DNA from: Oikopleura dioica
Taxonomy: Eukaryota > Animalia > Chordata
DNA: 64,000 nt
Direction of reading: 5' to 3'
Assembly: GCA_907165135.1 (NCBI GenBank)
Contig: OU015570.1
Span: forward strand, 2,067,929-2,131,928
A program made the translations under genes and the position numbers. The stretch's first letter is position 1. Each line of letters starts with the position of its first letter. The notes below the pieces were generated by a model. The model had not been told where the DNA came from. It did not search any database and worked only from the letters and a program-made list of their open reading frames with translations. Below are positions 9,256 to 22,019 of this stretch, one piece after another.

Positions 9256-12168
9256 TTATTTGTCTATCATGCTTTTTGACGGCTTACCCGAGAGAAAGTC
9301 GGTTTTATTGGGAGCGTCGGTGGCGCTGCTTGCAGCTGTGGCGCCAGTACTTGAGTCAGCAGTGGTGGCGTACGCCCTGGCGGTATCGGCATTGGCGATG
9401 TTTGTTGAACCGGAAGTGGCACGCGCAGAAGCTCGACGAGTTGGAACTCCGACGACGCTTCTAAAGACGGCGATGATTGTGCGTTTTCGGCTTGGGGCAA
9501 CTAGGCGACTTGGGTCGAATCGTCGCTTGAGCGGACTTGGTGGCTTGATGTCGAACGCTAGAATTTTTGGTGAAAACGGTGTAAATGATCCAAGCTTACC
9601 TGTGCCGTCGAGCTTCTTTTTCTCGCTATAAAGCGGAAAGTTGGCAGCATCCATGCCCAGCGTCTGCAAAAGGGATCGAAATTGCGACCGCCTTTTGTGA
9701 TGAGGGCCTGATTGACGACGTGCTCGTGCTTGAGGACGGATTCTAGGCGAAGCAGCGGATCTTCTTGCAGCGCAAAGACGAGATAGAAGTTGGCGAGTCG
9801 ATCCAGCAGCACCAACATTGTGTGCCTAATGAATGAAGATAGCTTTATGAGTCACTCATAATTCTAACTTCACTCACCTGTGATTTGCGATGCACGTGCC
9901 GCGCAGAGTTTTGTGGGTGCGGAGGAGGACTTGTCGAGATTGCTGCTGCTCGGGCGTGAGATTCTCCAGCGGCTGAAAGACGAGCTCTTTTTCTAGCGCC
10001 GTGAATGAGAGCACTTTGGTGAGTCGCTGCTCTTCGCTCTCCACAAATTTTGCCAAGAATTGGCGAATGATGCAGAGCATTGAGAGGGCGACGTTTTCCG
10101 AGTTTTGCAGCAGCGAGTAGCCCTTGAGCAGCACAAGATCTTTGGCGAGCTTGGGAAATTCGACTTGGAGAAAGGTTCCAAAGACGCGGGGAGTCGCCAA
10201 ATCCTGGTATTTTCGGCCGAGGTGGTTGTTGATCGGCAGCGACAAGTCCTTGTAAGCGTAATCGACAACGTTGGCAACCGTCACCAGATGGGCAAATGTG
10301 TCACTGCGGTGAAGAGTCGTCCAGTCGATTTCATGCACCGTGGAGGAAAACGATTGGCGCGACTTGATTTCCGAGTAACTTGCCATGCAAATACTTTGCA
10401 TAATCGATACAAGCTCGCTTGTAACGTCGAGACCTAAACCGTTTTTTGAGTTTTTGCTAAGCTGGAATCTCTCGACTTACCGACCAAGTACTCGCTATCC
10501 TCTGGTGCTGCCGTCGAATCGTTGGTGAGCGGCGAGTTGGTTGAAGAGCAGATATTTCGCCCAAGGTAGCTGACGGCTCTCATATCGCCATTTTCCTCTC
10601 GCCCTGTCCAATAAGACCTCGGAATGAACTTGCAATCGCACGCCGCCAAGTAAAATTCCGCCAGCCTATTCACTGATTAGTATGCGCCAAAGCGGCAAAA
10701 ATGGCAAAAAGTGGCAAAAGCAAAACTTACGCGATAGAAGCACTAAAGCGGCTCGAGTGCGGAATCGAATCGAGCAAGTGGCTGGACAGCAACGATCGTT
10801 GATGTACATTCTCCAAGGTCAGCATCTTTTCTTGATGGCAGCAGACGAGGATGTCGTCGAGAAGCTGGTTGAAGAGCACGTCTGCTTCGACAAGAGGCCA
10901 AACTTGGGGAAGTACAGCGAGGCCAAATTGTCCGTTGATGGAAATGGGCATTCGAGCAAAAATACCCTTGTTTTCGCGCACGTGACTCGCCAGTGAAGAC
11001 GAATAGTCGACCCAGGTGTTGCGGGGACAGTCTTGGCGTAAAAGAGCTCTTTTGGAATGAGCCCAGACGCGCTAAAATGCATTTGATAACGAGGGGTTGA
11101 TCAAGTAAAGCTTACCTTATTGCTGGTTTCGCGTGAAAAACGCCTTGAGCGTCTGATAGAGTGCGAAAATTGCCACAAATACCGCCGCCACTTGAATCGG
11201 GTGGATTGACAAAGTCGACTCGGGAGCAAATGGGGCGGGCATTGTCGAAAAGCTGGCGTTGGCGTGGCCGTTGGTGTTGGCGAGGTTGTTGGCATGGCCG
11301 TTGGCGTGGCCGCGGGCAAGAGCGATTGAAGGGGCGTTGGCGTGGTTGTTGGCGAGGCCGTCGGTGTTGGCGAGGCCGTTGTCAGGTTTGTCGTCGCTGG
11401 AGCCGACGACAGTTTTTCAGAGTCATCGCTCCTTCGGGTGTCTTCAAGGACGTCGTTGATGGTGCGCTCGAGGGTGGCAAAGTCGCAGTCGCTCTCGTAG
11501 GAGACCGGGCTAGGTTCCGTAAGCGAAGGACTGGCGGAGGAGGTGACGATTGGAGTGCGAAGCGGCTCTTCTCTCGACCGAACGGGTTCAACTCGCTCAT
11601 TTGCCTTGTCATTGCCGCCGTTGAAGGAGTAGTTGGCCTTGGATCCGCTAGCGGCGACTCGGACGCTTGAACGGTCGCTGGCTTGATCGCTGGAGTGGTC
11701 GCTGTGACGTACGTCGGCGCGGACGCTGACTTGGTCGCTGGGACGGACGCTGACTTGGTCGCTGGCGTGGTTGCTGTGACGTGCGTCGGCGCGGTCGCTG
11801 GAACAGTCGCTCGCGTGGTCGCTGTGACGTACGTCGGAACGGTCGCTGACGTTGTCATTGGTGGCGGGGCCGACGCTTCTTGATCTGACTCGGCTGGTGG
11901 CAAGAGGGACAAAGGTTGGAAGGGCCGAGCCAGTGGTGACGACTCCCGCATACGTTGGGGCGCTGGTGTTGCTGGACGCGGAGTTGGGTCGGCTTGCAAC
12001 AAAGAACGGCGTGACCGACTCCGGGTAATTGGGACGTTGAGACCATCCGAGGGGTTTTGAACCCATGTTTGGTGGTGTTCTCGTCGTCGATGTCGGCGCT
12101 GGACAAGTCGGTCGCGGCCACGTTGAATTGATTCCGGCGTCAAGACGATATCCCAATCCATATGTCAT
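9256..12168 (-). CDS. Multi-exon orphan gene: S/T/P-rich N-terminus plus globular region
   Basis: Successive minus-strand ORFs (11101-12168, 10727-11082, 10434-10673, 9874-10401, 9256-9818) are separated by short AT-rich gaps with cttac/ctcac donors and cta acceptors on the plus strand. The model is approximate. Confidence 0.55.
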
Positions 12169-12209
12169 AAACTAAAAATTTTACCTTTTATATTTTGCGC
12201 TAAAAGTGT

Positions 12210-14455
12210 AAAAAGGGCACAATGGGAATTTTACACGTCAGTCAATTGGTGGTGGTGGAGGTGGCGGCTTGTGTTCGCTTTCTAGACAAAGTTGAGTCAA
12301 AACCAACAAGGCTCACTTACGAAATGTAATTTCCAAAGGCAACAAGTCCGTCGATAAAAGTAAATTCTTGATCTTGTGGCCCATCAAATTCGTCCAAGAG
12401 ATTTTCCATTTCTTGATAAAAACGCTTCCTTCGGCTTTCGGCTCTTTCTTTGTGACAAATTGCCCGTCGTCAGATTGCCATCCGAATCGCCAGTCTACTT
12501 CCCAGTCGTTTTGCCAGTTGGTGAGCCCGGACGGGAGCCCGTTGGCGAGTCCGTTGGTGAGCCCGTTGACGAGTCCGTTGGTGAGCCCGTACGGGAGCCC
12601 GTACGGGAGCCCGTTGGTGAGCCCGTCGGCCGAATCGCCGGCTGTCCCCGGCTCCATCTTTGGCCATTTCATCTTTGGCGACTCCATCTTTGTCGGCTCC
12701 GTCGTCGACTCCATCGTCGGCTCCATCGTCGGCTCCAACTTGGGCTGCAGTACTGCCTCCAACTTGGGCTGCAGTACTGCCTCCAACTTGGGCTCTGGCT
12801 CTGGCGCTGGCTCTGGCTCCGTCTTTGGCTCCAACTTGGGCACTGCCTCCAACTTGGGCTTCGTCGTTGTCTCCGTCGTTGGCTCCGATTTCGGCTCCGA
12901 TTTCGGCTCCGATTTCGCCTCCGATTTCGGCTCGACTCTGCTAAACGGCGGCACCTTGGCGACTGGAGAATTGCTCCAGTACTCGTTCTTCCAGTAGTCG
13001 CGCCCTTCGTTGGAGAGCAGCGAGCTATTTGGCGATGCTATCGGCGATTGCAGCGCCGACACAAACTCTGGAGATGAATTTGCCGACGCAACTGGCGACG
13101 CAACTGGAGTTTGAAACGGCGTTTCCACAAAGAGCTGCCGACGCAAGAGTCCAAGTTTCGCCGGAGTATCGATCAGCTTCTTGAGCGGCACCGTAATTTT
13201 CGCCAGTTTCTTTGTGATGGGCGATTGCGCATCAAATTGGGCTTTCAGAGATTCGTACTTGCCAATGTGATTGACAACATCGGGCGGAAGACTGGCGAAA
13301 TACTGCTCCATGGTCTGCGGCGATGTTTTCTGAAATACGAGTAAAAATCGATATTTTTAATTATCGTAAAACTTACCGCTTGGAGCGCTGAACTTCGATT
13401 CTCGGGAGGAGTTCTCGAGCTTTCGAAATTTTCAATTTCGGCTTCAATCGAAAACGATTCTTCCGACAATTGTGGCGACAAGTTGGTGGTCGTAGGGCCA
13501 TTTCCTGACGCGGTGTTACTGGAAGTACTGGGCCAGCACTGGAAGTACTGGGACCAGTACTGGGACCGGCATTGGAAGCAGCACTGGAAGCAGCATTGGC
13601 AGCAGCGTTTTCTGCTGCAGCTCGTTGCGCAGCAATTTCTTCTTCTTCTTTCTTCCGGTTGTCAGCTCTTTCCGCCCTCTCTGCATCAAGAGCTGCAAAA
13701 TACTCAAAATCTCTTCTGAGCTCATAGGGGTCCTCACCTTCAATTTCATCCAGGGGAATTGTTTCGTACCGCGAGCGCACTAGTCGGCAATGCATTCCGA
13801 GAACAATCAATACCGCCAAAAAGGAAAATGCCAGGCCGATAATTAACACGATCCTACGGGGTGCAAAAAAGGAAAAAATAAAATAAATTAAAATAAAATA
13901 AAATGCACCATATGCGCGCCAGGGTACCCCGTGCGCTCAGGGTACCTGGTGAAAAAAGCACCTAGCTTACTCACGTGAGAATATTTATTTTTCCTTTTTG
14001 GACAGATGGCGGTGCCGTACGTCCCGGCGTGGATGACGTGGGGCTCGGCGATTGCGTTGGGCTTGGAGACGTGGTGCTCGGGTCGGTTTGATTGCTCGGC
14101 ATCTCGGCGGTCGTCGGAAGCGAACTTGTCGGAGGAGAAGGACTCGTCGATGGAGGACTCGGAAGTGAACTTGGAGGAGATGAACTTGGCGGAGGTAAAC
14201 TTTTGGAGGTGAACTTGTTGGAGACGAGCTTGTCGTGGGCGAGCTTGTAGTGGACGAGCTTGTCGTCGGCGAAATCGTCGGCTCCATCGTCGGTGGCGAC
14301 TTTGGCGACAAAGTTGGTGGTGGTGGCGGGGAAGGAGCAGGCTTTCGGCAAATCAAATCTTGATGATTTACAAATCGGCTGCAATATCGCCGATGTTCTT
14401 CGCTCGTCATCTCTTTGGAGCTCAAGCTCGCCGCCAAGATCAACAGAACGAGCAT
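12210..14455 (-). CDS. Multi-exon type I membrane protein: signal peptide, mucin-like stalk, TM, long repeat-rich cytoplasmic tail
   Basis: MLVLLILAASL signal; PTTSS repeats; TM LIIGLAFSFLAVLIVLGM; YETI/YEL motifs. The intron at ~13330-13376 joins ...SALQA to KTSPQTMEQYF of ORF 12313-13311. The 3' end is approximate. Confidence 0.55.
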
Positions 14456-14769
14456 GATTTCTAAAATATTTCATTTGAGGCAGTTTTACTTGAGTGGTTA
14501 AGATTGAGTGGTCGAGAAAAATGGCACAGGTTGTCAAACAGTTTGAACAAATTTAAAAGCTAATTTTCATGAATTTGAAGCAGAGAATCAAAAACGAAAT
14601 TTGAAGGAAACGGAATTTAAAGTTGAAATTTTGAGAAAAAATTTGAAAAGAAGATTGAAGAAGAAATTGAACTAAAGCAGAAACTAACACATGATTTTAG
14701 AAGGCGCAAATTTGATAATAACTAAAATTTTCAATTAAAAAAGGGCAGGGACGAGTTTTGAGTGGTTAG

Positions 14770-16939
14770 TACGTTGTTGATGCGCGGCGGCGGCGGCGGC
14801 GACGACGGTGACGACTGCGGCGGCGGCTAGTTGAACTAGAAATTCAATTAGATTTTGAGACTTTTGAAAAACTTACCAATGTGCAAAAGGCGTCGGACTC
14901 GGTTGGTCGAGTAGCAGCATTGGCGGCGAGCAGATTTTGGGCCATCGCGTGCTTGGGGAGCCAGCCGACGAGGTGCTCAAAGGAACGGGCGGCGCTGCAG
15001 ATAGCCCACAAGATTGGCTCATCGGGTCGGCTGACGCTGTGGTTGAGGGAGCGAGGATCGCGACCTCGGAGAAGATTGAAGAGCGTGTTGAATCGCTCGC
15101 GCTCGCCGGAGGGGTCGTCGTTTTCTTTAGAAGAACGAATTTGCTCTTCGTTTTGGCTGATTGCGCTTTGGTAGAGCTTGAGCTCTAGGTTGTATCGGAG
15201 GAGCTTTTTCTGAATTGGCTTGATTGTGCCAGACATTCGGCACTCCTAAAAGCTGTTAGTTGTTGTTGTCGCAAATTTTGATAACCTGTAGATTCCATCG
15301 AATTGCTCCCGGATCGTATTCGGGAATTGTGGCGAGGGGGATGAAGCCAGCGACGAGCAAATAGGCCACTTTGACGTTGGCGAGATCATCGATTCGCCAG
15401 TCGGGCCAGGGATGAGCAACCATCGGAGCAGTCGTCAAATGTTTGTAGATTTCGGAGGCAGTGGCAGAGTTGATGGCATCTTCCATGTCGAGCAATGACC
15501 AGCCTTCACTAGGCAAATCGATCTAAATTGAAATTGAAATTTGCGATTTCGAAATTTGGCAAAAGACTTACCCAGATTCGAAGCGACGAAATTGTCAAAT
15601 ATCCGTCGACAACCTTGAATCGAGGAAAAGCGCGCCGAGCTGGAGCCAGTTGAAAACATGCACCGGCTCGTCGGTGATTGGAAGTCCCTTGAGCAGCTTG
15701 GCCAATTTTGTGCCTTTGAGACATCCGGTGAGGCCCTCGGCGCTGAGATTGTCATCGACAACCGAGTTCAAAGTGGAAGCAATGCTCCACCGCTTCACAG
15801 AATTAATTGGGATCAAATCGGGCTCGGGATCCTCTTGCACGTCGAGCCATCGAGCGACGTCGGCAAACTTGGCTTCGCGCTCGGCAGCAGTAAGCGTTTG
15901 CTCTGGAACGGGAGCTGGCGTCGGAGCTGTCGCTGGAGCTGGGTCGTACGTCGGCGCTGGGACGAACGTCGGCGCTGGAGATGGCTGTCGAGCGAGCTGA
16001 GACGAGTGCCGAGTCGACTGGCGCTTGGGCTGCTGGCGTTGCGGCTGCTGGCGTTGCTCGCGTTGTTGCTGCTCGCGTTGTGACTGCTGGCGTTGAGGCT
16101 GCTGGCGTTGTGGTTGCTGGCGCTGCGGCTGCTGACGCTGAACTTGCTCGCGAAGGGGTTGCTGGCGTTGTTGCTGGTGGCGTCGGCGTGCTGGCGACTC
16201 GAGACGCTGCTGGTAAAGCGGAATTCGGGGGTGTCCTTGACTTCTTCGTCGAGTGGGCCTTTGGATTGGCGGGTCTACTAAATTTTTGATTAGAATGCGC
16301 TTTTGGACGATAAATTACCGTTTTGTCGGCCTCGAGCTCCATAGATTGGCTGATCGGCCGAGTAGAGCACTAAAAATGGGTTATTGATGCAGAATTTGTT
16401 GAAAAATTACCTCTTCGGTTTTACTTGCCAGCTTTTCGGATTGGCTCCGACATCGTTGTTTTGCCTGAGTTGATGCGGGGCTGCTATTTTTACGGCAGTT
16501 TCGCTTAGAGCGCCGGACTCTAACAGGCGAGACATCAAGCGGACTCTCCATCGCTCTAGAATTAATTTTACGGTAGGGTGGGGTGGGGGATCGACTATCG
16601 ATGAAATTGATCAAAAGGCGGAAGCTGGGGATAGATTGGACAGTAGTCGGGAAAAGGCGTATGGGAACACATATGGGAGCCCGTACGGGAACCCGTATGG
16701 GAGCCCTGAGGAGAAATGATGTGGTAAGCGGGTGGCAGCGGGTAAATTGGCGAACTCGGCAGAGAACTCGGCCGAGAACTGGAACTTGGCGGAGAAGGAG
16801 GTGCAGAAGCGGGGCGCGAAGACGGGTACGGGTACTGGTACGGGCTGTAATAAGGCGGAAGAGGTGCGGGAAAATTCGGACGAGTCGCGTAGCTGGCGTG
16901 AAGTTCAACATCCTTGAATCGAGCGCCAACCTTTAACAT
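14770..16939 (-). CDS. Multi-exon orphan gene with Pro/Tyr-rich N-terminus, Thr/Ala-rich linker and globular C-terminus
   Basis: ORFs 16595-16939, 15595-15840, 15256-15516 and 14844-15236 with short introns between them; boundaries approximate. Confidence 0.45.
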
Positions 16940-16959
16940 ATTCTGATTTGACAGGAATT

Positions 16960-18514
16960 CTAAAAATTTTTGTTAGCAAGGGTTTTGACTGATTGAGACT
17001 TACTGGACGCAGTGTCAACGACATCCGAAACGACTTCAAGGGCACTTTTCTTGCGAGAAATTGTGCCAGTTGAAGCGCGTCGCGTTGGAGGCGGAGATGA
17101 GCTTGCCGAGCCTTCACTTGAGCCCGATGGTGCGCTAGTCGACGGAGCATCTCGAAGCGATAGCCGCGCTGCTGAGGAAACGATTCCCTCGGATCGAAAA
17201 GCTTAAAGTAAATAAGGGGCCCCTCGAAATTTTGACTTACGACGAAGGACGCGGCTTGTGGTCGTCTTTACGACGGTCTTGACGACTGTTCAGGAGCAGT
17301 TCAGGGACAGTGGAACTAATTGTAATAATTGTTGATTCGCTGAACACTGCTCTTGTGCTCCAAGCTTCCGTCCCAGTTGATTGGAGTGGTCGTAGTCGAA
17401 TTCTGGGTCATGTCGAGCAAGCCTTCCCCTCCAAGGATTTTGACTCGGTGTGTGGTCACGACCTGGAGCTGGAACTTGTTTTTGCTGACGGCGGATGGAT
17501 TGTCGGCGCACGCAATCTTCAACGACGGCTTGAAGTTCAAGAGCCGGTGATGATTGGTCTTGGCGAGGCCGCTGACAAAGGCGCGCTCGGGGTTATCACG
17601 CACAAAGAGAGCATCGACATCGTCCTTAAAATAAAAGTCAGAAACAGCGCCCATGTCTAAACTTACCGCGAGACCAAAGTTAGCGCTTGGCGGCGGTGGG
17701 GGAGGCTTGGCTTGAGCACTCGCCATTGCTTCTCGGGCGCTTTCGGCTTCGTTGAGAGCCTTGGCATTTTCGGCGAGCAGTCGCTGGCGGTCGGCTCGCG
17801 GCGGAGGTTGTGGACGTTTAGGTGCAACGCTGAATCGAACAAACTGCTCTGCGAGAGCGTCCAGGTCGTCGTCGTCGTCGCGCTAAACAAGAGTTTAGAG
17901 TTTTGTAATACAAGTTTTGTAACACAAGTTTTTGCACAATTTACCTTTTTGTAAGCAGCAGCAGGGCGCCCACAAGATCCAAATAGTCCACGACCTCGTC
18001 CGCGGTTCGTATTGCGGAATTGATGCCGGTATTTTGGCTGCTCGTCTTCGCTGGAGTCGCTGAGCTTTCGCGGATCCTTAATGCTCCGTTTGAAGTTGAA
18101 CTTTGACTTTGTTCACTAGAAAGGGGGCACTACCTGGCGATCTCCGCAATGTCCGATGACGCTGAGCGACGGCGCGTCGATGAGAGACTCTGGCGGCGTA
18201 ATGTTCTTGCGCTCCCGTACGGGCTCACGTGCGAGCCGCCGCCCTCGGATGAAAACTTTGTGCTTCGGCTCCCGTACGGGCTCCCGTACAGCATCGGCAT
18301 CAGGCGGCGGTGGTGGTGGCTTGTGAAGCGGCGGAGGCGGCTTGCTTGGCGGAGCAAACTCTGCTGGTGTCTTGAGAGTTCGCGGCGGTGGAGGCTTGCT
18401 TGGTGGGTCGATTCTGGCGTAAAATTTTTCTGGATCGTGGGACTGAATCGTAGACTCTTCAGTGACCGTTGAAAGATCGGTCTTGCCAATCATTTTTTCG
18501 GCCGATTTCGACAT
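16960..18514 (-). CDS. Multi-exon orphan gene, Pro-rich N-terminus (PPSKPPPP repeats)
   Basis: ORFs 18116-18514 and 17316-17726 plus short introns; may be continuous with a neighbouring gene. Confidence 0.4.
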
Positions 18515-18779
18515 CCTTAAATTTTTTATTTTTCACACTAGCTCCAAATAAAAGGGATAGAAATTTGAAAACAGGGTTAAAAGAAAGAGAAGCTACATGA
18601 GAAGTGATGAGGCTAACAGAGTATAAAGCTAACGGAGTATAAAGCTAAACGAAAAGAAAGCTAAACGAAAGAAAGGATAAACGATGGGAAATTAACGAGG
18701 TCGAGGTCAGATAAAGCTTGAGTGATGAAATGAACAGCTGAAGATGGGGCGATTTTAACCAGGGACAAATGTACAGGGA

Positions 18780-19846
18780 GATGCCAATTCATGGAAGAAT
18801 AATTTGGAGGAGTTTTCGGGCGATCGTTTTACCAAAGGGCTCGGAAGGCGGCGGCAAGCGATCCTTGAATTTTAATTTTAGTTTCAATTTAAGTTACAAT
18901 CAATTTTTAACTTACCGACAACCATGTCGAAAAAGAGCTCGCCCTTGTAGTCGCCGTCGGATTCGTCGAAGCCAAAGGACTCGAAGACGACATCCATGCC
19001 AGAGCCAAAGTCGCCAGAGCCGAAATCTTCATCGTCGTAGAGGATGTAGTCGGTGGCGGTCAGGTTGGTGGCGGTCAAGTTGGCGGCGGCGGCGGTCGAG
19101 TTGGCGACGATTGTGGAGTTGGTGGTGGCGGCGTTGACGAGGTCAAAAGAGTCGTAGCCAAAATCCATCTCGTTGAAAGAAATTGACAAGTTTCCGGCGG
19201 GTGGCGCTACATGATTTTTAAGCGCAATTGCGCCAAAATAAACTAACCAATCACGCTGCGCGCGAAGCGTCCGCCAAGGCATCGTCGTCGAGCCGGAAAG
19301 ACCATTAGGATCAATATCATGCAGGCCAGGGAGAAGACGCAGCCAACGAAGAACCAGCAGAAGATGAGCAAGTTGTTTACTCGCTAGAATAAAAGTTAGA
19401 TTTACTCTTAAATTTTTTGTTAAAGCTAGTACTTACTCGGAAGCCTGAGAGGTGAGCCACAACTGTAAACTTTTCGACCGATATCTCCTGATGGTCCAAA
19501 AGCGAGATAAACAGCCGTCGCGGATCAGGGCGTCGAGAGACGATCGGAGGCATTCGCTGAAAATGCTCAGCGTTTGCCTGGAGCGAGTCGCAAAGGTGGT
19601 TAACCATTGACGGATTCGAAACGCCCAGCTCTTCGTCTCCAATGGAGGCAGTGGACTCGCTGCTATTTTTTTAAATTAACTGCTGTATTATAATAATTAT
19701 GAAAATTATATATAAAATCATATTTATAAAACTTACGGTGCAACAACCATGGCGGGGTAGGGGTAGCAAAAGGCTCTCTTGATCTTTCGACGCAAGCGCG
19801 AAACCGAATTTTCCAGGTTGGAAATGTTCACGCTTAAAGTGCACAT
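18780..19846 (-). CDS. Multi-exon membrane glycoprotein-like orphan (TM helix, N-glycosylation sequons, DFGSG repeats)
   Basis: Hand translation of ~19290-19370 gives LLIFCWFFVGCVFSLACMILILMVF; downstream NST, NST, NLT, NLT and DDEDFGSGDFGSG. Confidence 0.45.
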
Positions 19847-20149
19847 GTTAGTGAGCCGCCAAATTATCAAAGGCAGAAGAGAGGGCAAAGAGTCAAAGGC
19901 GCCACAGAAATGATAACAGTCGGCACAGGCTTTCTCTTAATCGGCAGTTTTCTCTCAGCAGAATTTGACCTTGGGAACATCCGGTCTTTGATAAACATCG
20001 GAATGTGGCCTTTTTTCGTAATTTGGTATTCGGGCGCCATCAAGAAACGAACCCAAACCAAATCTCGAAAATACAAATCTGACGAAATGTTTTAAAAAGG
20101 GAAATCTTGAACCTAGATTTGAATTTTAAAAGATGCATTATGGCTCTTG

Positions 20150-20590
20150 GAATTTTGATTTTTGCAAGCTTGCTTTTTGCAAACTTGCTCTTTTGAAAGT
20201 TTTTGAAGATTTTAAAACGGCTCTTTTGAAAGTTTTCGAGTCGACTCTTTGGAACATTTTAAAACGACTCTTTGCAAGTTTTCGAGACGACTCTTTGCAA
20301 GTTTTCGAGACAGCTCTTTTGGAAGTTTTCGAGGCAGTTCTTTTGGGAATTTTGACGCAGCTCTTTTGAAAATTTCGACGCGGCTCTTTGGGAAGGTTTT
20401 CGAGGCAGCTCTTTTGGAAAGTTGACCCTTTCGCACAGTTTCAAGCTCTATTTTCGCTCCGTTTCTAGCTCTATTATCTAGCTCTATTTTCGCTCCGTTT
20501 TCTAGCTCGAATTTCCGCTTTAGCTCTAGTTTTGGCTCAATTTTCAACACTAGATTTTTGCTCCGTTTTCTACTTTTACTCAACTATTTG
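20150..20590. repeat. Degenerate ~23-bp tandem array (gctcttttgaaagttttcgagac) followed by tctagctc repeats
   Basis: About ten degenerate copies are visible; intergenic. Confidence 0.75.
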
Positions 20591-20724
20591 CTCCAACTCT
20601 CTCGACCGCTCGACTCAGAAATGCAAGACTCGTAAATGCAATCAATATCAAATAAATCGGTTGCATTTTATATTAAAGATAAATTGAATTTATTTTGAAA
20701 ACAGACTCCCGTGGAGATAAATCC

Positions 20725-21519
20725 GTTAGTTTCGTCGCTGCAGAACAATATTGTTCTTGAAGGCGGTCACACGCCCATTTTCGTCTTTGACGAGGATCAA
20801 CGCCCTTACTTCTCCATTCGCCAATTCCTCGCGAAAGTTGTTGTGGTTGAGGTAGATCTCGGCGATGTTGTTCTTGAGGGCGACCAGCTGCTTTTGGAAG
20901 GGGGTCGCGTCGGCCGGAGCTAAATTATTAAATTAAAGCATTTGATGATAAATTTACCTTTGTGGGGCGGCTCGACGTAGTTTTCGATGCGAAAGATTCG
21001 CGGAGTGTTGAATTCGGTGGGCCGGCCCAAAGTTCCATCCCGTCGGTATGCCCGAAGGACAATGTTGCCCTGCTCGCCAATCTGACCGTTGTCGTCGGAG
21101 CGGAGCTCGGTGTAGGTGCCGTTGTCGTTGGTGGAGTTGCCGTTGGTGGAGTTGCCGTTGGTGGAGTTGCCGCTGCCGTTGAGGACGGTGGCGTTGGGAG
21201 AAGGGCCGGTGCCAGTGGCGTTGAGGGGCTCGACGCCAGAAATGGCGCTCACGTTGGCGCCGCCAACAAAAACGCTCTCGTCGGGAGCAACAACGCTGCC
21301 GCCAGGTACGGTGACGACAGATCGGTTGGCCGGGGTGGCTGGCGCGACGATGGTTGTTTCGCCAGGGTCGGCGCCAACATCGACTTCGTCAAAGACGGTG
21401 ACGATGGAGCCGTTGAAGGTATTGCCGGTGCCGTTGGGAGAGGACGAGTTGCCGTTGGAGGAGGAGGAGTTGCCGTTGGAGGAGGAGTTGCCGTTGGAAG
21501 AGGAGGAGTTGCCGTTGGA
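20725..21519 (-). CDS. 5'-truncated Asn/Ser/Gly-rich protein with many NxS/T sequons
   Basis: Frame of ORF 20920-21252 extends to ~21519 through (SNGNSS)n; intron ~20920-20957; last exon ends ...NNIVLQRRN*. Confidence 0.5.
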
Positions 21520-22019
21520 TTATGAAAGAAAAACCACTTAATGACCCTAAGTTTTTACTCTTCTTCTTCAACCTCGCGAACAAGCTCAGCTTGCGCCCAA
21601 AAAGAAGTTAATTTAATCGTTAATTGATTCCTTTTTTAGAAAAAATGATCGCTAATTAATACAACTTTGAAAAAAAGTCCGGAAATTTGGACAATGGTCG
21701 ATTTTGTAGTGTCCCACTAAGATGCCTTAAGGATATAGCCTTGAATATTGAACTTTCGTAGCGCCGAATCCCTGTTACAAATTTATTCATTTTTCAAAGA
21801 AACCCTACCTAAAATACAGCGTAGATTTCGAAAATTCCTTTATTTTTAGTACTTTCTATAGTGTTTATACCTAAAAATCGACTTCAAAATAAAACAGACC
21901 ATTGTTCTCTGAAAATTCCCATTAAAAAGGTAAATCTGGATTGATGATATGAAAGATTGAAGCCTTATCTCCAATCTAGCGGTGGATTTTGTAAAAATAT
22001 TGAAGATTATGGCTTCTAG

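Larger units (their letters stand above)
1..21519. mobile_element. Polinton/Maverick (adintovirus-like) element, partial; runs off the left edge and appears truncated near 21519
   Basis: Capsid-like and pPolB genes lie at 280-7499. The 9.2-21.5 kb part is assigned by similar GC-rich composition and the shared CCCGTACGGG motif. No TIR, integrase, ATPase or protease is visible in the window. Confidence 0.75.

Noticed and set aside
13264-13302. F-box-like motif YFASLPPDVVNHI
   Set aside because: Only the first few residues fit; the rest of the F-box pattern is absent.
11161-21541. Long plus-strand ORFs (e.g. 12368-12997, 12376-13077, 20962-21525)
   Set aside because: Antisense shadows of low-complexity repeats; splice signals point to the minus strand.
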